From a virus (taxonomy: Duplodnaviria > Caudoviricetes): DNA of 28,562 nucleotides. The notes under the pieces were generated by a model. It saw only the letters and a program-made list of their open reading frames with translations. It ran no database searches and was not told the origin of the DNA. Positions 25,379 through 28,562 of this stretch are shown here, in pieces; the stretch's first letter is position 1, and every line of letters starts with the position of its first letter. The stretch covers positions 1-28,562 of IMG/VR virus record IMGVR_UViG_3300021560_000060; one strand, written 5' to 3'. Position numbers and translations under genes: made by a program.

Positions 25379-25609
25379 ATGGCGCTTCCTGTTTATCTCC
25401 CCGATGTACACTTCGGCGGACCACGCCAGACGCCGATCGACTGGCGCAGCAATACCAACCCCGACGACGATCGCGATGACGACGACGAGTTGATGTACAC
25501 GCCGCCGCATGTCACGTTGATGTTGGGTTTTGATCCAAAAGATATCGACGTGGACGATCCCGAAAGCTCAAGCTTCGGCATCGGCAACCCGCTGCACGAT
25601 CGTCGGTAG
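25379..25609 (+). CDS. Small Asp-rich protein
   Basis: DWR...DDDRDDDDELMYTPPHVTLMLGFDP; GGGAG upstream. Confidence 0.7.
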   Translation: MALPVYLPDVHFGGPRQTPIDWRSNTNPDDDRDDDDELMYTPPHVTLMLGFDPKDIDVDDPESSSFGIGNPLHDRR

Positions 25610-25739
25610 GAATTAGGCTACGCATCCTGCATTCCACGTAGCCTGATCCCGAGGGTCGCCGGGGGTTTTTGCGGCCGACTTCTCGCCGGAAACTGGTACG
25701 ACCGGTTTTAGTTTCCTCCGGTGCGTACACAGAAACTCA
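25609..25739 (+). ncRNA. Candidate structured RNA/attenuator
   Basis: Three consecutive stems with G-U pairs on the + strand preceding a terminator. Confidence 0.4.
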
Positions 25740-25775
25740 CCCTTGGCGTATCCGACAGTACGCCAAGGGCTTTTT
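25740..25775 (+). terminator. Intrinsic terminator about 20 nt before the last gene
   Basis: cccttggcgta (25740-25750)/tacgccaaggg (25759-25769) then CTTTTT. Confidence 0.75.
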
Positions 25776-25794
25776 CCTCCCAAAAGGTACGGCG

Positions 25795-28562
25795 ATGTTC
25801 ACAATCGACATCCGTTATGTTGATTCGGACTTCAAAGAGTCTGATCATCCGCGCGGACAGCCCGGCAATGCCGGTCAGTTTGTCAAGTCGGGTGAGGGTG
25901 TGCAATCGACCAAGGGAAAGAAGGTCGCGATCCCCAAGGCGGAACTGCCGAAGCAGTTGAACCCGAAATACTTCGCCAAGCCGAATGCGATGATCAACGC
26001 AGCGGTCAGCGGCAATTACAGCGCGTCCGAAGCGGCGGCGAAAATCAAGGAGATCACCAGCAAGTACAAGCACAACATGGTGGCGCACTATGCGACACAG
26101 GTGTTGCAGAAGCTTGCCGCCACAACCGGACGCTCAACGAGCCATTATGGCGCGGCCGAAGTGCATCCCGGATCAAGCAAGGCGAAGGCTGCACCACCGA
26201 AGCCAGTGACAACCTCGTACACCGCGCAGCATGGTCAGCAGGCGAGTACAAAGGGCGAGTTGCCAGCAAGCGCGTGGGTCGAATCAACTGGTGGTCAGGG
26301 CAAGCAGGTATCCGAGGAATCGGAAAAGGCGTACAAGTCGTGGAAGGACTTGCGCAAGGAACATGGACCGAATGATCCCAAGGCGATCAAAGCACTGACC
26401 GATTGGCTGCACACGCCGACCACGTTGGTCAAGGGCATCACCGGGTACTGGGCGAGTCATACCGACGAATTCACCAAGCAGGAAGTGAAGACGTTGCTGG
26501 ATTTGATCCCATCCAGCAAGTCGCAGACCAAAGAAGCGCAAAGCCTGTACCAAGCGTACAAGCAGATGAAGGAAGACGGCGGTCAGAAGGTACTGCCGGA
26601 AGACAAGCCAGAGCCGGCACCGAAGTTTGGTCCGCATACCGAGGCGCTGGAAAAAGCGCAGGCAATGGCGAACATGCCGGAAGCCTATTCCTATCAGCAG
26701 ATGAAAGAGCATTGGGAGAACATCGGCCATCTGCCGTTTAACGATCTGCCGCAAGGCTCGCAGCAGGCGATGTACGACATTTACAACGCGCTCGGCGAAG
26801 CGGTGATAACCAAGTCCAAAGAGCCGTCGCCCGAGCAAAACAAGGCGGCGCAGGACAATCAGATTTGGGAGCACGCCAAGTCGATCTTCAACAAAGGCTG
26901 GTCGAAGGACCAGAAGATCAACGCGCTGCGCGGTTTGCTGGATAATCCCAATCTCTCACCGGAGACGCGCGAAGCGATCAAGGGTCTGATCGCCGAGTTG
27001 CAGGGCAAGAAGCCGGAACCCGAAAAAGCAGCGGGCGATATCCCGAAGTCGCCGGGGCTGACCAATCTGCAAAACAAGCTGTACACGATTGCGTCTGATC
27101 CGAATACCGATATCGGCGTGAAGATACAGGAGATCGAGAACACGCCGACCGCAGCGCAGTCTTCCGCCGAGTACAAGCAAAATGTGTTGAAGGCGTTGAA
27201 AGCGCAGCAGAAGGCGCAGGAAGCACCGGGCGCCGACAAGCCCGAGCCGAAATGGGACTTCAAGGCTCACAGCGCGACCGAGAATAATCACGCGTCATGG
27301 ATGGAGATTTACGCCAAGGACCCGAGTTGGAGCCACGATCAGAAGATTTCCCATATCAACACTGAGTACAATGACGCGGTGCAGAGCGGCCACGGTACAA
27401 CCACGCTCGGCGAGTACAAAAATCAGTGGATCAACTATCTGAAATTGGTCGGTCATCCGAAGCCGATGGAGACTCCTTCGGCAAAAACTGTACAGGCTGC
27501 GAAGGAGTTCTTGCAGTCAGAGTTGAATCCAAAGGCCAAGATTTCTGCACTGACCGGCTTGCAGAATCAGGTGGACGATCCAAGCTCCAAAGCCGCCATC
27601 CAGACGATGATTGATCAGGTGCAGAGCGGTATTGAGAAGCCCAAGGTCAGCGCGCCGACATCATCGGCTGAACTGCCGAAAAGCGACGGCTCCAATTCGC
27701 ACGAGGCCATGCTGGCGATCGCGTTGAACAAGAGTACCAGCAAAGAGGAAAAGCTGCGCGAGTTGCAGTCGATGCATGATAAGCTGGCGACGCCGAAGAA
27801 TAAGGTGTACGCGCAAAAGCTGATTGACGCATTGAACGCCGAGGCGCCGGCCGAGCCGGAAGCAGCGGCGGTACCAGCACCGAAGCCGGAGGACCCGTAC
27901 GAGTCCACGTTGTTGGTTGGCGAACCTGATCTGCCGGAGCCGTTCGGTGGGTCCAAGCATCAGGTCACGCTGTACAACATCGCCAAGAGCAATAAGGACA
28001 ACAGTCAGAAGATCAAAGAGATTGCCACCTATCCCACGGTGAAGGATTACCCGAACGACTACACCGCGAAATACGCGAAGTCATTGATTACAGCGTTGGG
28101 CGGTGATCCTGATAAGGCGATCAAAAAGCCTGTGACGCCTGCGGCGTCACAGCCGAGTACGCCGTCGCCGTACGCGAAGCAGAAATCCCCGCAGACGATC
28201 AACGTGGCGCAGCCTTCGCTCAAAGCCGACAAGAAGACGTACGCATGGGCGATCGAGCTATTCGATGGCGCGGCCAAGCCATCCAGCATTCATAGCGCCG
28301 AAGCGAAGGAAATCTGCCCGTCGTTGAAGCAGGAGTTTTGGGACGGGACGCCGAAGAATCAGGTATCCGCTGTAAAGTGGTACACCGACGAAGGATCGCA
28401 ATACATCAACGCGTACCTGCGTGCGCAGGATTTGGAGAATATTTCCAAGAGTACCGTACAGAAGGCGCATCTGGTCCGCGATTGCTTCAAGCGCAAGGGT
28501 GTACCGGTAACCAAAGACGTGGTGCTGCGGCGCGGCCTCAGTGATTGGAACGAGCAAGAGAA
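25795..28562 (+). CDS. Large HPR-tagged helical-repeat protein with VIP2/C3-like ADP-ribosyltransferase domain (truncated by window)
   Basis: Not in track (no stop); MFTIDIRYVDSDFKESDHPRGQPGNAGQF...; ends AVKWYTDEGSQYINAYLR...KDVVLRRGL (YT..G...IN..LR and first-strand RG of R-S-E ARTs); catalytic STS/ExE would lie beyond the window. Confidence 0.85.
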   Translation, partial: MFTIDIRYVDSDFKESDHPRGQPGNAGQFVKSGEGVQSTKGKKVAIPKAELPKQLNPKYFAKPNAMINAAVSGNYSASEAAAKIKEITSKYKHNMVAHYATQVLQKLAATTGRSTSHYGAAEVHPGSSKAKAAPPKPVTTSYTAQHGQQASTKGELPASAWVESTGGQGKQVSEESEKAYKSWKDLRKEHGPNDPKAIKALTDWLHTPTTLVKGITGYWASHTDEFTKQEVKTLLDLIPSSKSQTKEAQSLYQAYKQMKEDGGQKVLPEDKPEPAPKFGPHTEALEKAQAMANMPEAYSYQQMKEHWENIGHLPFNDLPQGSQQAMYDIYNALGEAVITKSKEPSPEQNKAAQDNQIWEHAKSIFNKGWSKDQKINALRGLLDNPNLSPETREAIKGLIAELQGKKPEPEKAAGDIPKSPGLTNLQNKLYTIASDPNTDIGVKIQEIENTPTAAQSSAEYKQNVLKALKAQQKAQEAPGADKPEPKWDFKAHSATENNHASWMEIYAKDPSWSHDQKISHINTEYNDAVQSGHGTTTLGEYKNQWINYLKLVGHPKPMETPSAKTVQAAKEFLQSELNPKAKISALTGLQNQVDDPSSKAAIQTMIDQVQSGIEKPKVSAPTSSAELPKSDGSNSHEAMLAIALNKSTSKEEKLRELQSMHDKLATPKNKVYAQKLIDALNAEAPAEPEAAAVPAPKPEDPYESTLLVGEPDLPEPFGGSKHQVTLYNIAKSNKDNSQKIKEIATYPTVKDYPNDYTAKYAKSLITALGGDPDKAIKKPVTPAASQPSTPSPYAKQKSPQTINVAQPSLKADKKTYAWAIELFDGAAKPSSIHSAEAKEICPSLKQEFWDGTPKNQVSAVKWYTDEGSQYINAYLRAQDLENISKSTVQKAHLVRDCFKRKGVPVTKDVVLRRGLSDWNEQE

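Noticed and set aside
25708-28557. Many short track ORFs in the last 2.8 kb
   Set aside because: Shadows or alternate frames of the continuous ORF starting at 25795.

Overview
A 28.6-kb segment of a GC-rich (roughly 58-60% by eye) tailed dsDNA phage or prophage; no tRNA, rRNA or CRISPR array seen. Left arm (- strand, 1-4336): Pro/Ala-rich protein (truncated), sigma-factor-like protein, Zn-finger/TOPRIM primase, HTH protein. A divergent control region (4337-6478) has a perfect 20-bp inverted repeat, hairpin-dense spacers, and four intact plus one broken paralogue of a small ribbon-helix-helix-like family. Right arm (+ strand): NusG/RfaH-type antiterminator, terS, signal-peptide HNH, PBSX-type terL, about 20 small accessory genes, and a DUF1073-type portal fused to an inorganic-pyrophosphatase-like domain. 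It ends in an enzyme cluster: a NUDIX + kinase-like + HExxH-peptidase protein, a type IB topoisomerase, and a >920-aa helical-repeat protein (25795 to the window end, absent from the ORF track) ending in a VIP2-like ADP-ribosyltransferase. The strongest signal is a shared ~20-aa tag, D-x(1,2)-[WF]-x-E-x-x-HPRGQPxNxGQF, present five times (one copy shortened) at the front of otherwise unrelated enzyme modules. I infer it is a capsid-loading/proteolytic-release signal for a modular virion-delivered effector system. All family calls come from motif recognition by eye, not database searches.
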